DNA of 64,000 bases. Source: Paramecium tetraurelia (taxonomy: Eukaryota). The stretch lies in assembly GCA_000165425.1 (NCBI GenBank), contig CT868005.1:1-64000 (forward strand). Reading direction: 5' to 3'. Made by a program: the position numbers and the translations under genes. Below, one piece after another: positions 1 to 12,297 of this stretch (the stretch's first letter is position 1; the number at the start of each line of letters is the position of its first letter). The notes beneath the pieces were generated by a model that saw only the letters and a program-made list of their open reading frames with translations, did no database searches and was not told the DNA's origin.

Positions 1-3000
1 TAAAAAAAATTTTTTTGACCCCTTTTCCAAACTAATCCAATTCTCCCTTTTACCCATTAAATAAAATTTTAATTCCATTTTTCCAAGGCCTATTGTTTAT
101 TCCAAATTAGAAATAAAGCCAAAAATTTGGAATAAATAGAATCTGTAGTTTGAAGGAAATTATAATCTAGCTGAAATCAATTTGACGAAATATTCAAATA
201 TTATTCAATTAAATCAATCGATTTTCTTTTTATAAAATGTATTTTTGAGATTCTGTTTTAAGAAAAATTTGAGAATCATTCATTTCTAAGAAAATTCTTG
301 CAAAAGTTACAAAAGTTCTATTTTTAAAAAGTCCTTAAAGTACTAGTTATAAGGTTTCCATAGCGTAAGTAGGAGTCCTAGGATAAATTTAGAAAACGAT
401 CATTTTTTCATCAAAAATGATTATAGTTATATAATTAGAGGCACTAGAAAAGAGGAACTAAATCTTGCTGGAAGAGTTATATAAGTCCATGACGTTGAAA
501 CTTTATTTTATGCTTATCCTTGAAATGCAGGAAGAGGAACCTATTTTAATTACCTTAAATAGTAAATTATTGAATTCCCTCAAAATGGTGTACTCCATAT
601 TCGCTTAAGTAAACAAGAGAATTAAATTAATGTACACTATGTTGTAGTAGTAGATCGCTATGCTTAATCTATGAATCCGAAAAAAATGCAATGATTTTTG
701 TTATTTGTAGTTGATCCCTAATGGCGGGATCAATTTTGGGGGTGGGGGAATATATTTTAATACCTCAGCAAGTTAATTAAGAAAGAGTTGTTAATCTGAA
801 AGCGCATCGTAGTAGTGAAATTTCATTAAGAGCGCAACATAATAATATATATTATTCAAGTGATTGTAAATCGCTGAACATGACAATTCTATACTAAAAA
901 TCGAAAATTTAACCCTAATTTGATTGTGTCATCTTCTTATTGAATTAATTCTCATAAATTGTTGATATTACATTTGGGTGAAAACAGCGTTACTTAGAGG
1001 AAATATTTTAACTTAGTTTTGGTGTAATAAAAATACCATTAGTTGTCGATTATATCATACTATTTTTGATTTCCTTCTTGTATCTCAACTCTGTTTTCTT
1101 TGTTTCAATTTACTTTATCTTTTTGGATATTTGTCATTAAGATTATTATTATTTTCAGTATTTATTTCACATTAAGATAGATCTATTTTAATTCTATTAA
1201 AATTCTTTAAAACTTGACTATCTTTATATAATATGATTTAACAGTATTTTTTTGATATCTTTTATTTGTTTCTGAATTTACAAGATAAAATTGATCTAGA
1301 TGTTTCATACCAAATTGTTCTATCAGCTGTTGTTTTGGTAAAGTGGAAACAAAAATCTCAAAAAAAAATTCTAAAAGAATTGTTATTGCTGAGAGAGGAT
1401 TGTTAGTTATATAGAATAAAATTATTGAATAGTTAATATGTTGATTTATGTATCATTATGGACAACCATTTGGTATTTCGAGGTCCATATTCAATGGGCA
1501 GGAGAATTTTGAATATCTCTTCTTATTTGACGGTTATCATGCACAAAGTTGCATAGCATAACTTCATCAATTGCTATTTGAGCCATGATCTTATATCTAA
1601 AATTTTGATTTATATGACGAAGAAATGATCTCCACTCTTACACTAAATTCTCAATTTTTAGTGTCTGATTCCCTTTCTCTCATTCAATATTCACATTAAA
1701 ATTGAAACCCAATTACTATGCTCTTTATATATTACCTAAATATCCATGCCATTTTATGCAATCATATATCGACTGTATGATATATTATTTATAATTTGCT
1801 AGATTTTTCTTCATTTAATAAAAAATTTCTTAAATATTTAAGCAGACAATTGATAGACTAGAAAAACTGGCGTATAAGAGCCTCTGTTATTTAAATTTTC
1901 TAGTTTAAGCTACATGAAGTTAATATCGAAATCACTGAAGATGGCAGAATATATTTCAATCAGTCTAATGAGGAAACTTTAGTAATTGGCTTTATGGGTG
2001 ACAAGCAACTTTGAAATTCATTTCTAGGTCACATAGACAATGATAAAATAATTTTATCATTAGTTCTTGATGTGTCATAATTGAAACATGGAAGTTACTC
2101 CCTTCTTCCAATTTAGATCTATTAAAAGTAAGGGAGAGTAGATGGGAGATGTTATGACATCTATAGAGATCAAGAGAGGATAAAGGGAATGAAAGTGAAG
2201 TTTAAAAATGGGGGCTGATGACCCAACTGAGTCAAGCCACTCAGAGGAAGTTGTTGAATTATCTATCTTTGCATAGTTCAAGACAGAAAAGTTGAGCCCA
2301 ATTCAATTAAAATATCATACAGACAGACGATGAAGGACTCAATCAAGATATTAAATAATTTTTATTCACTCAGCTTTCTCAGGCTACTATTATAAAATAG
2401 ATTGGTATATCTTTCATCATGACAAATAGAGAAGCAGAGAAGCATTTGAAAACCACTATTGCAATCATAAAATATTAATAAACATTATTTCTAAAAATTT
2501 ACCCTTCTAATTTAGTTTATGTTAGAATTTATAGTCAAATTTCTTTGGAATCTAATAAGAATATTTTAGAGCTACTATTTAAGTGAGATTATCAAACGGA
2601 AAGTTGAAAATTCCCATAATAGAGAATTGTGAATGTGAATTCTGATTTGTTCAATTTAGACATTTCATCAATTATAGTATTTAGTAATTTGCAGTTAATT
2701 TTTATAATGAAAAGGAAATAGTTGGCCAATAAGGAATAGTGAAGGAACTAAAATAATAACAATACTTTTCATTAAGAACAACTTAAATTAAGGGATACAA
2801 TGCTGAATAATTGATCTCGATAGAAGTTGAAATACAAATATTGAATAACTCATATTTTGTATCTAATCTAAATTAGAAATCATCATCGATATGAATATTA
2901 AAATTATAACTTCTTTATTCGTTTAGTATTTAAAGTATTGTGCTATATATCATTATAATTCTTGACACTTCTTGCATTATTAATAAAAATTAAATCTCAA

Positions 3001-4804
3001 TGCAAATAATTTAACTCCATATTATATTAATCAAGAATAATATAAAGTCACATATAATGAAATTATTTGCCTTCCATATCTCATACTTGTGATAATTAAA
3101 ATTGCAAGTTGTAATATAAGGATCTTTAAGATTTATAATATCTTAAATTATTGTTTAGTTTTTTTTAAACACAATTTTTCTCAAGTAATTTTAGGTATTA
3201 TTTAGCCAGTCAACATAAATTGATTTGAATATATTTTAAGAAAGATATAATGGTCTTAATCCACTAAGGACACTTGTTAGAAATAAAATAAAAGTTAAAA
3301 TTATAATAAACAACATAGCCTCTGTTTGCTAAGGTCATATTTAAAGAATTGCATTTTTATAAGTTAATATTCGCATAACTAGAGGAATAAAATAGATTAG
3401 AAGCCAACCTTTGCTACTTTTAGCATACTACCTTCATCATCATCATCGAGAGAGATATTAAATATAGAATTGAGAAATTATACCTTTACAAATGAAAATC
3501 CGTTTGAACTAGAAATTCCTATTAGAGATTTGACTACGTAGTGTCGTAAATTTTTTAGATTTATATTTGAAATTTTTCTAAAATTTGATTTTTTGTGACA
3601 AAATTACCATTTTTTGAATTCTCTACTTTTTAATTAATCTAATCAAGCTCTCTTCTTAGTTTTATTTGTAGTTTTAAGAGATATTCTCAATAATCTTTTT
3701 AGTTCTGCCTACATCTCCTTAAAACCCTTATTATAGCAGTCTTAGTTAATATTACCCTGAAATTCATTTAATTTTGTATGAATTATCTCTTATTTAAAAA
3801 GTAACATCTTCTTAGTGAATTGAAGTTTATCATTTAAACATATAGAAATATTAAATTTGTAATGATCTTTAAGCTCCTTAAGAAATTTTGACCAAACGAT
3901 ATTCAAAAATAATCTAAAATTTGAAATAGGATGATTAAAAAAATTAATTTAGCACAACCTGATATTAAGATCAACAAGCAACACAAACAAGTTTAAAACG
4001 AAGTTTATTAAATTATTTCATTGAGTCAAAAAAAAAAACTTCAGTATGCATATATTTAAATTGATTCAGAAATTCATATTCGACCCAACCGCAAAAACTA
4101 ACTCAAAAAAATTTTCTTTCTTAACTCTTTTAAGTTTTAAACTTACTAAACCACTTCAATAATAAGTTACTTGCAATTTTTATCTTTACGATACCATTAA
4201 TCTCCAAGTGCTCTTTTTTAGATTCTTAATTTATTTGTTTCCATTTTCGATTATCTAAAAATAGCTTCCTTACTTTAACGTTCTTCACAGCGATTTACAG
4301 AGATTTGACAGCTACTGAAAATGAATTCAAGATCATCAAACCCTAAGAAGATAGTATCAAGAGGGTTATGGGTTTGCGTTGCTCAGATGCCTCAAAAATG
4401 TAATCGTAATCGATTTTCCTATCTTCGATTATGATATCATTACAATAAAGGTTTCAAAAATTATATGCACTAATTTTTAGTTTATTAAATTATCAAAGGC
4501 ATTCAGATAAGTGTCAAACATATAGCTTTTACATATTGAGTTCACCTCCAGAGATGATAATAAGGCTTGATCTGAAGGTTCAAAACTGAATTCTTCATCC
4601 CATAGGTGATAAAAATGAACTAATGTTGCTAATCTTGTATTTATTTTCAAGATAAGAACTGAGAATTATCCATATCTAAATTTTAACAATTGTAATTTGA
4701 ATCAAAAATTTTTAATCAATTATAAAACTATCTCACAAATTTATCGCTGATGACAATCCTTCCTATGAATTAATTTTCATTTTGCGGAACAAGTTTAGGA
4801 TCCT

Positions 4805-4954
4805 NNNNNNNNNNNNNNNNNNNNNNNNNNNNNNNNNNNNNNNNNNNNNNNNNNNNNNNNNNNNNNNNNNNNNNNNNNNNNNNNNNNNNNNNNNNNNNNN
4901 NNNNNNNNNNNNNNNNNNNNNNNNNNNNNNNNNNNNNNNNNNNNNNNNNNNNNN
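4805..4954. other. assembly gap (150 N)
   Basis: Run of N immediately upstream of the TPR array. Confidence 0.99.
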
Positions 4955-6793
4955 TAATCAATAGGAAAAAGAATGGTAATAGAAGGGTAGTTAATTGTTA
5001 ATTAATTAGCATTAGGTTTATCATTAGTATGTTTAAAGCAATATAACGAAGCAATTAAATGTTACGATGAAGCAATATCAATTAACCCTAAATATGCTTC
5101 TGCATGGTAGGGCAAGGGTAATAAATTACTACATATCAATATTAAGGTCAGGCGTTAGCAAATTTAAAACAATATTAAGAAGCAATTAAATGCTATGATC
5201 AAGCAATATCTATTGACCCTAAATATGCTTCTGCATGGTAGGGCAAGGGTAATAAATTACTACATATCAATATTAAGGTCAGGCGTTAGCAAATTTAAAA
5301 CAATATTAAGAAGCAATTAAATGCTATGATCAAGCAATATCTATTGACCCTAAATATTATCCTACATATTATTACAAGGGTAAATAAGTGTTGCTTATTA
5401 ATATTTAGGACTGTCATTAGCAGAGTTAAAAGAATATCAAGAAGCTATTAAATGTTACAATTAAACAATATCTATTAACCCTAAAGTTTTTAATGCTTAG
5501 AAGAACAAGGGTAATTAATTTTTATATATTAATATTTAGGTAATGCATTAGCAAAATTGAAATTATATCAAGAAGCAATTAAATGTTATGATGAAGCTAT
5601 ATCTATAGACCCACAAAATCAATCTGCACGGAATAAAAAGGGTAGTAATTGTGAAATATTAATATTTAGGTAACGCATTAATATGCTTAAAACAATATCA
5701 AGAGGCAATTAAATGTTACGATGAAGCAATATCTATTAACCCTAAATTTTCAAATGTTTGGAAAAACAAGGGTTATATTTTAAAAAAATAATATTAGGAA
5801 ATACATTAGCCGAATTGCATTAACATTAAGAAGCATTGAAATCTTATGAAGAATCAATATTAATCAACCCTCAATAGATTGATGCATGGTATGGCAAGGG
5901 TAATTACTTATTAAATAATAATTTTTAGGATTGGTATTAACGCAATTAAAACAATATAAACATGCAATTCAATCTTTTGATGAAGCAATATCGATTAACC
6001 CGAAATATAATGATGCATGGAATGGAAAGGGTATTTATAGGTAACATATTATCCTTAGGTAATGCATTAGCGAAATTGAATCAATATCAAGAAGCAATTC
6101 AATCTTTCAATAAAGCAATATCTATTGATCCTAAATGTGTTTATGCATTTTATAACAAAGGTAAATAATGGTTAAATTATAATATTTAGGATTGGCATTA
6201 GCTCGTTTATAACATTATCGAGAAGCAATTAAATGTTACAATGAAGCAATATCAATTAACCCTAAATATGGTTATGCATTTTATAACAAAGGTAAATAAT
6301 GGTTAAATTTTAATATTTAGGTAATTCATTAGCTCGTTTATAACATTATCAAGAAGCAATTAAATGTTATGATGAAGCAATATTTATTAACCCTAAATTT
6401 GATACTGCATGGAATATCAAGGGTAATTAATTGTTATATAAGAATACTTAGGTAAGGTATTAGTGCTTTTAACATATTATCAACATGCAATTAAATCTTT
6501 CGATGAAGCAATATCTATTAACCCATAATACAATGATGCATGGTTTAGCAAAGGTATTAATAGTTTTACATTACTATTTAGGATAGGCATTAGCACGTCT
6601 AAAACAATATCAAGAAGCAATTAAATCTTTCGACGAAGCAATATCTATTAACCCGGAATAAAATGATGCATGGTTTAGCAAAGGTATTAATAGTTTTACA
6701 TTACTATTTAGGATAGGCATTAGCAAGTTTAAAACAATATCAAGAAGCAATTAAATCTTATGACGAAGCAATATTTATTAACCCTAATTTAGA
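4955..6793 (+). CDS. TPR-repeat protein, partial (both ends in gaps); one intron per repeat
   Basis: Table-6 translation after splicing gives tandem 34-aa units, e.g. GQALANLKQYQEAIKCYDQAISIDPKYASAWQGK. Fourteen GT..AG introns: 4987-5015, 5118-5146, 5249-5277, 5380-5408, 5511-5539, 5642-5669, 5772-5797, 5900-5928, 6031-6058, 6161-6189, 6292-6320, 6423-6451, 6554-6581, 6684-6711. No in-frame TGA seen. Confidence 0.95.
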
Positions 6794-6943
6794 NNNNNNN
6801 NNNNNNNNNNNNNNNNNNNNNNNNNNNNNNNNNNNNNNNNNNNNNNNNNNNNNNNNNNNNNNNNNNNNNNNNNNNNNNNNNNNNNNNNNNNNNNNNNNNN
6901 NNNNNNNNNNNNNNNNNNNNNNNNNNNNNNNNNNNNNNNNNNN
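6794..6943. other. assembly gap (150 N)
   Basis: Run of N immediately downstream of the TPR array. Confidence 0.99.
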
Positions 6944-8599
6944 CCCAAACCCTCATGAGTGGCCGGCCATAAAGTTGAGTAATACAATTATAGTTAATTT
7001 AATGTAAAAAAAAGGTATTAAAAAGTTAAATAGAATGATAATTAAAGTTAAATATTAAAGTATTTAGTAGAATCCTTAAATGTAATAAAATCTATCATTT
7101 ATGTTGAAATATGTTTTAATCATAAACTAAATTTAATTTGTACTAGGAGTGTAATTGAAAACATAGAGGATTTGATTATAGCCTAAATACAAAATGGAAT
7201 AACCTTATCGTCAAATTACGGAGTACTTAAGAAGCAACATACAAAAATTAAAACAATTAAACATAAAAGTAGATAGGTATTATTTAAATACATTCAAAAA
7301 TAGAGGACATGGACAACACCGAACACTGTATCAACTGTTTTTAGTATAATTTTAATTTAATAAAGGTGAACGGCAACACCATATAATTGATTTAATAATA
7401 TTAATACCTTGGACTTAGAGTCTAAAATACAATTCTAAATTTTAAATTGAAATCCAAAAAATTAAGCTACCTTATTTTGCACAATTTCTCGACTCTATAC
7501 CTTTCCAAGCAAATTCACAACAATCTTCCTGCACCTTTTATGTGATTTCAGCATCCTCTTCTTTCACGATGAAATACATCCACGTCATCATTTTTTGGTC
7601 GACTTCTTACCTTCCTATTCCAAGCCATACTTTGAAACAAGGAAAAGAAAATCAACATTATGGATTAACTTATACGGTAATCCCCTTGAGAGGATCAATC
7701 TATCAATTTATGTCTATTTGAATAATTTTCCTTAATATTTGCTTATTTGACTTTTGATGGAATTTTAAATTTGAATTTTCGGGTTTTTGGTTATTTCGAT
7801 AATTGAGTTATATTTTTTAAAATAATATCATGTCCAAAAGATACAGTGTGAGGTAAAGGGAAAACCACTGATCTAGGGATCGTAAAGATAAGACATCACC
7901 CGAAGTACTTAAGCTAAATGAATCCCGGAATGCAGAGAGTTACTTGAACAGAAAAGCTTATAGGAAGACATTATAACCACCTTGTAAGAATGGATGATTT
8001 AGGACTTTTACACCATGTATGGTTAACTAGGGCAGCATTGGAAATTTTAGACTTCATCTATGAACAAGGTATGGGGTAGGTAACAGATATTAAAAATAGA
8101 CGGAAGGAATATATATAAAGGGAAGAAAAATGAGAAAAATAATTATGGTTTAGGAAAAGGAGGAGGAAGTCGGAAGAAGATATGAGTGAGTAATCAATAA
8201 ATCAATCTGTTATTTCTGTATAGGATTAGATTGAATGCTTATCATTATGTTTATCATAGATTAGCCTACCTTATATTCTTTGATATATCCTTGGCCACTT
8301 TATAAGGATGGATACCTTTTTTTGCCATTCTAAAATTCATATGTATTCTTAAAATGCCAGCTAATTTATTTATTTATTCTATTAAAACAATTTAATATCA
8401 TATATTTAATAAAGAATAAAATTATAAAGATTAAAGAGATTTTAAATACATTGGTAGGATCATTCATTACAATGGTCTGACTTCCATTAATTTAAGTGAT
8501 ATTCAAGGATTATTTATTATTTTTCTGTCAATATAATCCAATCTCACATAAAAATTTTATTTAAAAAGTATTTTTCTCTTCACAGTTAATTTTTTTCCA

Positions 8600-10640
8600 A
8601 TTCAATGAGCTTTTCCTTCATCTAGATATTCATATTTTTTAAAGGATTCTCTACATTTAATTTATTTACTTACTCATTATTCTAAAATTTACTTTATTTT
8701 GTTTTTGGATCCTTTGAAATTAGTTATTTCTAAGATTAAATAAATGTTTAAAATTAAGTAAGCACTTAGATTTAGAACAATTTATTATAAAAAGGAATAT
8801 CCTTTATTTTGCTTCTTTCTTTTGAAAAGAAGAAAAAGATAATTTTCAATCCTGCTTGATTATAATCAAATTCCGAAGAATTATCGACATCAGCAAATAA
8901 TTATATAATTCTTTTTATTCAAAGAAATTTTCGTTCATATTAAGTTCTTCTTTCATAATCGTTAAGTTCTGTCAAAAATTATGTACATTAGAATGATTGT
9001 CAAGAAATTGAGGATGAAAATCCAGCAGCAATTTAGAAAATAGTTTTTCGAGATATTCCAATAACTAATTAGATTTTTTTTTTATTTTTTATGACTTTAA
9101 TACTTAATTGTCCATGTTTTGCATACCTGCATGCATAGACAATTTTTTTATTGGATTAAAACAAACTATGATGTCTTCCAAGGCTGATTTCCTTGATTAT
9201 TTATTATAGATTTAAGATTGAATGAACAATACCTTATTTATTCTAAAATTGAATTTGTCTTTCTTTTGTACTAAATTATCTTAGAAATCTCCTTAGCAAG
9301 TTTCTCCATACATTCCATAAGCCCAGGACCATAATTCTACGTCCTTGTCTACTGCCATTATGTGATAACCACAGTAACTGAATTAACAATATTATCTTTA
9401 ACTGCTTAGAGAGTTTCTACATCTTACAAATTTTCATGACCTATGGTTAGAGATGACATTGTTCTTTCAGTTATAATCCCTCTTTTAAATGATGCAATTC
9501 AAATGAGAAATGATCCTTCTTCTCTAAACCAAGGTCCAAATGACTAATCAGAAATTAATGCTTTCTGTTTCTGAATTAACATCTCCAACTTGCACCTGCG
9601 TAATGATTATATAAGTATTTACTTCTTATAGTGTTTCCAATACTTCCATAACCTAAGTACTTCCTGCATAACACTATGATTTATGTTATAAATAGTGTAT
9701 TTTACAATTAATTAGTGCTTGCTATCTGAATGTATAAGTGATATCAATTTGAATAAGTTTCTGTTAAAAAATAAACTCTAACGTTGAAATAACTGAGGAT
9801 TATATTTTAGTTCCCTCTTATTACATGTAATCCAAGACTCTACTTGAATCGCGTGCACTATCCATCTAATTATTGCGATGCTATTAGTGAGATAGTTAAT
9901 ACTTTCTTTGTGGGTTTAGTATTCCCCTAGTCACGCTCAGCATTAATTAAAATCAGGAGATCTCAATATCAAGCACACTAATTATAGCTTGGAGAAAGTC
10001 TCGATAGTGATTAAAGTTTTTCTTTTTTTTTTAATTTGTGGGCAATGCTTATACTTAAATCAAACATTGAATTTATGTTACTTATCGTATAAGTTGTTAA
10101 TATCGCCTATGCCTATCTGATATTGATTCTGTTTTTTAGAGGATATGTTTTTTGAAATTTGCTCTACTAAAAGATAATCCAGTTAGATATAATTCTTAAG
10201 TAGCACATATATTCTGTTGATAACTTTCTCCTTATCCATGATATAATCAAAAATCCAGTTGCCTTTACTAATGTTGAATTGCTTGTGGTGTAGCGGCTAA
10301 CACTTGTACAGAGTGCAATGAATAATTAAGAGTTTTACTTTGAACCAAAAAGCAATCTTCTTACATATGCTCGTGCCTTGATTCTTTGAAATTCAGACCA
10401 TTGATCTTAAAGAAAGGAAAAATTGCAATTTTGCGCCTTCAGACCATCTCATACCTTGTTATTCCTGTAAGGAATATATCTTACTACTGTTAATTGCTGT
10501 GTTTGGAACTTTACTGAACATATGATCGTATTGGAATTGGAGGTACTTTTTTATCATCCCTTGTTATGTTAAACAATTGAATAGTTTTTCTCTCCAGTAC
10601 CTTAGTTCATCTCTCTAATATTATGGCAATACTTCTTCAT
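8600..10640 (-). pseudogene. decayed coding-like sequence, product not identified
   Basis: Protein-like stretches on the minus strand (LDEEVLPQYQRDELRYWREKLFNCL; LMECMEKLAKEISKII; LLEYLEKLFSKLLLDFHP) broken by TGA stops and frame changes. Boundaries approximate. Confidence 0.3.
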
Positions 10641-11178
10641 CTAATTTTTTAATGAAGCAAAAACCTCATAAAAAACATTTTTCGAAGAAAAAATTTGTAA
10701 CAGTTGTGCTTTTTTCACTTTTCTATTTCTTAAAAAAATTGAAATTAACCTTAATTTCTCTTCTACTTGATTTTTATACCCCTAAAATTAAAAATCCTTT
10801 CAGATTTTGTGATTGGAAACATAGAAAACAGAGTAAAGAATAGGCGTATTTTTAAATAATCATAGTGACAATTTTTATAAACTTCTACATAGACTGGTTC
10901 TAAGAAGGAATAAAAATACAAAACAAATTATTTAGCAACCACCCCAGCACAAAGAAATACAATTTCTTAGAAATTCATGGATAAATTGTTGGGGTTGGTC
11001 AAGGCTGACATATGACTGGCCATAAGACGTCAGTAATATTTTCTGCATAAGGACATGTAGATAGTACATCCCCAAATACCTTTGTTATTATTGATAATTA
11101 GGAAAATTTGTGGATGCCTAATTGTTTTGCTTGACTTGCTGTGCCTGTTGCTAGGTTGGCCTAATCTTATAGCCAGTT

Positions 11179-11290
11179 GTATTTCGGCCGTTTTGTCTAG
11201 GTGATCATTCGTATTCCGGCTGTAGGGGCTTAGGAAAACATTCGTATTCCGGTCGTCGGTGATGAGGAAAATCACTCTTATTTTGGCCAT
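11179..11290. repeat. short GC-rich degenerate direct repeat, ~33-nt period, 4 units
   Basis: gtatttcggcc (11179), gtattccggc (11211), gtattccggtc (11244), ttattttggcc (11278). The middle two share cattcgtattccgg. Confidence 0.5.
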
Positions 11291-12297
11291 CGACACAGGG
11301 TCTCTTTTATACTCTCTTCCTCCTCCTCCCCAAATAAAAAAGATCTAAAGTAGCGCTTTGAATATCTTCACAACTTATGTAGGATCTAAAGCAGACAAAC
11401 CAGCAAAAATAGAAACACTAACGAAACTATTGTATAATTTTTATGTAGAGCACCACCTCAAGTATAAATTTATCCATCATCGAATAAGCAGAACTTATGA
11501 TAATCTCTCGTTGCCCCTTAGGTCAGAAATCAAATTTCATAGACTAAACTAGATAGAATTTCAGATTAGATCGTTGATTTGCATCTTCAAACCAAGTTAC
11601 CTAAATATTATTTTTTTTTAATTTAAATTCAGACCATACTGCTGAACCACAAATAAAGAGTTGACCATCAAATTTCATAATTCCTGAATGAATCTAACCT
11701 GAATTTATTAATTAAGCTGCTTAATTCTTCAATTCTTCTATTATTTTTAGAGTATTGCATTTCTTTTGATTGCCCTCCTCACAAAATTCATATCCAATTT
11801 ACTATTGACAATTCTCTACCTTTGTTAAGTCCCCATGCAAAAAGATAACTGATATATGAATCCCCTCCAGCAAATGATGAGAATGGATATATTATATTTG
11901 AATTTATTTTATTAAAATGGATAGATGGTTGGAAGTTGAACTGCTAATATTTTAAAAGGGATTAAAATATTGACTTTTATGGAAAAATTGAAAATCAAGC
12001 CCTCAATAAGATTAATTACATTTTTCAATTTTATTTTCAGAAGTACCTTTAAAGATTGAGAAAAACTATCAAACTTGAAATAGTACAGGCTTCCTGAACT
12101 CATCCACCCACTATAAGATTTCTAAATTATTGAGTAAACAAACTATTGCAAGTAAGAGTCAGGAGCAATAAGCAATATATTGAAAAGAGCTAGCTGAACT
12201 AAAGATCTAATTGTAAAAATAGTTTTGAATTATTTATTCTTTAGTTTCTCGATTTCTGATTTTGATTGAGTTATCTTTATATCTAATTATTAAAAAA

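Noticed and set aside
560..760. Possible vWA-domain relic (VHYVVVVDRYAQSM..., GGINFGGG)
   Set aside because: Motifs too degraded and in different frames; cannot support without a search.
4770..4964. ORFs spanning N runs (also 6784-6987)
   Set aside because: Artefacts of assembly gaps.
6944..6952. cccaaaccc after the gap, resembling a Paramecium telomeric repeat
   Set aside because: Only about 1.5 units at a contig edge; expected by chance.
11179..11290. CRISPR-like repeat/spacer pattern
   Set aside because: Eukaryotic context, cores only ~14 nt and degenerate, spacers too short, no cas genes.
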